DNA of 64,000 bases from Lytechinus pictus (lineage: Eukaryota): NCBI RefSeq assembly GCF_037042905.1, contig NC_087245.1, positions 33,854,001 to 33,918,000 of the forward strand, written 5' to 3'. The notes under the pieces were generated by a model, which was given only the letters and a program-made list of their open reading frames with translations, was not told where the DNA came from and searched no databases. The position numbers were made by a program, and so were the translations under genes. Below, piece by piece: positions 60,501 to 64,000 of this stretch (its first letter is position 1; every line of letters starts with the position of its first letter).

Positions 60501-63500
60501 TTTTCCATTATTTTGTTGCTTTGACACCCTATTACGTTACGTACATAACGTGCTCTATTTTGAAAAGGAGTTCCTTTTTACGTGCTTTTTTAATTTCTTT
60601 TTGGGGTCACGCATGGTATCCACTCGTCAATGGAAGTGCCGCCCCCCCCCCCCCCCCCGACAGATATCTCTATATATGCATATGGAAAACTAGCGGACAG
60701 AAGGTCCTCGCTGCACGTGCGCACCCTTATAACACGCATAATTCCCTTGCATTATACCCTTTTTTCACAAACAAATGTGTATCAAGGACAAGCGTTGATT
60801 CAAATAGAATTTCCGCCCCCCTGAAATGAATGGTCACAACTTCTTCTATCAGATGACCATAATTTTTTTTACATTCAATTAGTGGGAAATATGGCACTTT
60901 ATTACATTAAAATCACGAGAAACCATCCATAGTCAGGAATATGTATTGGGATAATGGGTTTGGGGGACATTTTTATAGTACCCGGGTGGATTATATCCGT
61001 CGTCACATCGGTGGGTGGTGGTATCATGAATTTCCGCCCACATTACAATAAAGGGCACATTGTAAGGCAAATACTCATGAAAGAACCATGGAGATTTGTT
61101 AATAAGGAAATAGGACACTTTTATCATCAAATCAGAGGAGATTTTCTTTGTGATAGTGATGTCCGAAGAGCAAACCTACACTCGTGACGGGTTCGTTATG
61201 TATACGAGGGGTGCATCCTAGCTTACCACTGCATAGCTAAGTCTGAAAATTAAGTTTTGCTTATTTCTTTCATTTTATAATGATGTTTAAATGTTCAAAC
61301 AACGATAATTCATGAAAATTGACTCAAAATATTGCAAATATTGCAAATATCTGTGTATACATTTTATCCCTCTGTAATGCTATTTCCCCCATAAAGCCGC
61401 AATGGAACATTCCGCACCACTAGTCATACGATGATCGCGAGGTCTGCAAACGTCGTCTGCTATGTTTTTACACGTCCGGTACACTATACACTGCATACAA
61501 GTTTCTTCTTCTTCTTCTTCAAGCTACACTGCCTCCTTCAATCCTGAAGATTCTTGCAGTATTGTAGTACCGTAGTATTGTATTGTAGTTTTCGATATGT
61601 GATTATGTCACTCAAAATTCTATGATTTTTGTATAATTTATGTATTACAAATAATTATTTCTATTTATTAGTAATTTTTTGTTCATTTATTTTGCAATGT
61701 GCCATTACTTGCATGATTTGAACTGAACGAAATTCATAAATAGGCCTAACTTTTGCTTCACTACAAAACAAAAAAAAATTAAAATATCAAATAGAAAATA
61801 CTATTTGCCGATACCATAGAAAGAGAAAACCGTAAATGTATTATTGGGATTTTATATCATAAAAAATGCCTGTTTGTCGTTATTTTCAACAAGGAAACTG
61901 TCGGTTTGGTGATAGATGTCGATATGAACATCCTAGAAATCAGTCAGGTATGTTTCGTTTCTTGTTATTGAAGGAGGTTCTTCGATTTTCGACGAATCCC
62001 TGCACCGTGCTATTTTTTTGTAGTGCCCCATGCACCTAAAGTGGTGTAAGCTCCAAGTTAGATGGCAAAAGCTTCGGTCTCTGTGAGTGTGAGTGTAGGC
62101 CTAATGGTTGCTCAGCTGAACTCCGTCGGCTCTAGCCAGGAGTTTCAGTTTTTTTGGGCGGGTTGTGTGAAGATTGCGAATAAAGTATAAAATAAGTGTG
62201 TGGAGCACAAAGAAGAATTGTACAGGAAACAGACATGTTTCATTCACAAATCTTGAGCTGTGATCTCATTGACATTGGGTGTTTTGGCTCTCATTTGCAT
62301 ATTTTCCCATAATATAAAACCTATGTAGTGCGAGAAGTTTCTCTGCGAACCACCGATCAACCTCATACTAAACACGACGTATTTCCTTCAAGATTTCGAG
62401 TTGAAAATCTAATTTTCTTCATATATGGAGCTGGGTTTCACCACTCTGGGGCACTCGTCATCCCCGACCATTTGCCAAACAGCAAAAGGTAGGGGATGGG
62501 ACTAGAGGTATGTGAGGCGTACTCATAGACAAAATTTGTGATAAAAAATGTAAAAGTAAGAGAGTTTGACTTACCAGTCTTTCCCCCCGAACCAAACGTT
62601 GATCTTCCTTCCGTTGTTGCTGGAATTTATCTTGGACTCAACGATATCTTGTCAATTATTCGAGGACTCTTCGGTAAATCGTCAGAATGTATGATGAAAT
62701 TTGTCATGATCCTCAGCAGCGCATAGACTTCTACGTAGAGGATGTAACGCGCCCTCTTGTGCTCAATTAAAGAAAGCTAACGGAAGCGACCACACCACTG
62801 TCCTCTACAAAGCTGTATAAAAATGCTTCTCACCACAGATACCTGTTTCCGGTGATGCTTCTATTTCGGAAATCCAAGATCCAGCGATAGTAGTCTCTTT
62901 CTCCCCTGACACACAATATTTTATTTTTATTATTTTATACATCAGAATAATTTTAGCGCCATCAGCTTAGTTTATTCTATAATGAACTGTATCTTGTCGT
63001 ATGCTGAAAGGAAATATGATGCCTTTTTTTTTTGGGGGGGGGGGTTATTGCTTCTTTTCTCGATCCCCGATGCCTCTCTTTTATTGAGTACTATCATTGT
63101 AAGGGTTAATTATTAATATTATTTTGGTTTTCTATTATTTTTCATATTATTATGGAATATTCATCATCATATCACTTTTGTAAGCCAACATTTTGTACCA
63201 TCCTGAAATTAATATGGGTAAAGGCTGAAATGTGAAAAGAATGGAAGGGGCAAGAAACTCAAGACAAAGTGATAAAACAGAACATAATTACGTTCCAATT
63301 CTTTTTAATGAGTTTCTTTTATTTATCCAGGATGGGGAGCACATCAGGCTCGTGCCCACCCCCTCGAAAGCCATAGAACACATTTATTTTGCATCCATTT
63401 TGTTTGATAATTTGTACTGTTAATTTCATTTGATTGCAATCCTTTATGTTTGGATTTGAAATCAATTAAATTAACTTGAAACTTTCCCGCCCTCCCCTTG

Positions 63501-64000
63501 AAAATTGTGATCTACCCCTAAATAGGCCTTTGTGGTAAGTGATTTTTTATTTTATTTATTTCTTAATGAAAATCCTTTAGGTTAGGATTTTAAATCAATG
63601 AAAACAAACTTGAAACTTCATACTGTATAGCGAGGAGCTGTTATCATAATAAATAAATAACTAAATCAAATAAATCAAAATCAAATCATAATTGTGAAAT
63701 TATTCGTTACATAAATCTCCATCACGGGGGGGGGGGGAGCTTGTTATTTTTTTCTGTAAAAGAAACCACCCCCTCCCCCTTTGGAAAATCCTGGATTCTC
63801 CCCTGATTAGACCCACAGTAAAGTTTGTTATTCTGAATTTCTGTTACATAATAATTTGGAAATTAATGCCTAACTTTGTGAAAAGTATTTCTATCGTCAG
63901 GTTCATTAATTAGAAAAGAATAAGGGGCTTTTTCATCAAGAGTCCCATAACAGAAAATTAACAAAATCGAAACAACTGAATTTCTCCTTAATTTTTTTTT

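Noticed and set aside
61220..62052. Possible TIR element AGCTTACCAC...GTGGTGTAAGCT
   Set aside because: The match is short and imperfect, with no TSD and no second copy in the window.

Overview
This is AT-rich animal genomic DNA with spliceosomal introns and dense, nested transposable elements; it is not prokaryotic and has no CRISPR array. The repeat families and gene content look like a marine invertebrate, probably an echinoderm such as a sea urchin (inference only). Two host genes lie on the minus strand, both rebuilt by hand from GT-AG sites with compatible phases. One is a VPS9-domain (Rab GEF-like) gene with 7 core exons over 11.65-34.7 kb plus a tandem-duplicated copy of one exon. The other is a 3-exon, ~914-aa secretin/adhesion-class 7TM GPCR with an N-terminal somatomedin-B-like module and no visible GPS. 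Mobile DNA includes: a young Penelope-like element (RT + GIY-YIG) with a minimal hammerhead ribozyme and perfect 103-bp inverted ends; a second, orphan hammerhead; four CR1/L2-group LINEs; two solo LTRs with their own 4-bp TSDs; Kolobok-, hAT- and Tc1-type MITEs; foldback elements; Helentron-like elements with ~152-bp tandem arrays; and a tRNA-derived SINE. The most unusual item is a decayed pogo-type transposase that appears to carry an OTU-like protease domain and a mucin-like coding minisatellite between its DDE domain and C-terminal PHD finger. All coordinates were counted by eye, and no database searches were run.
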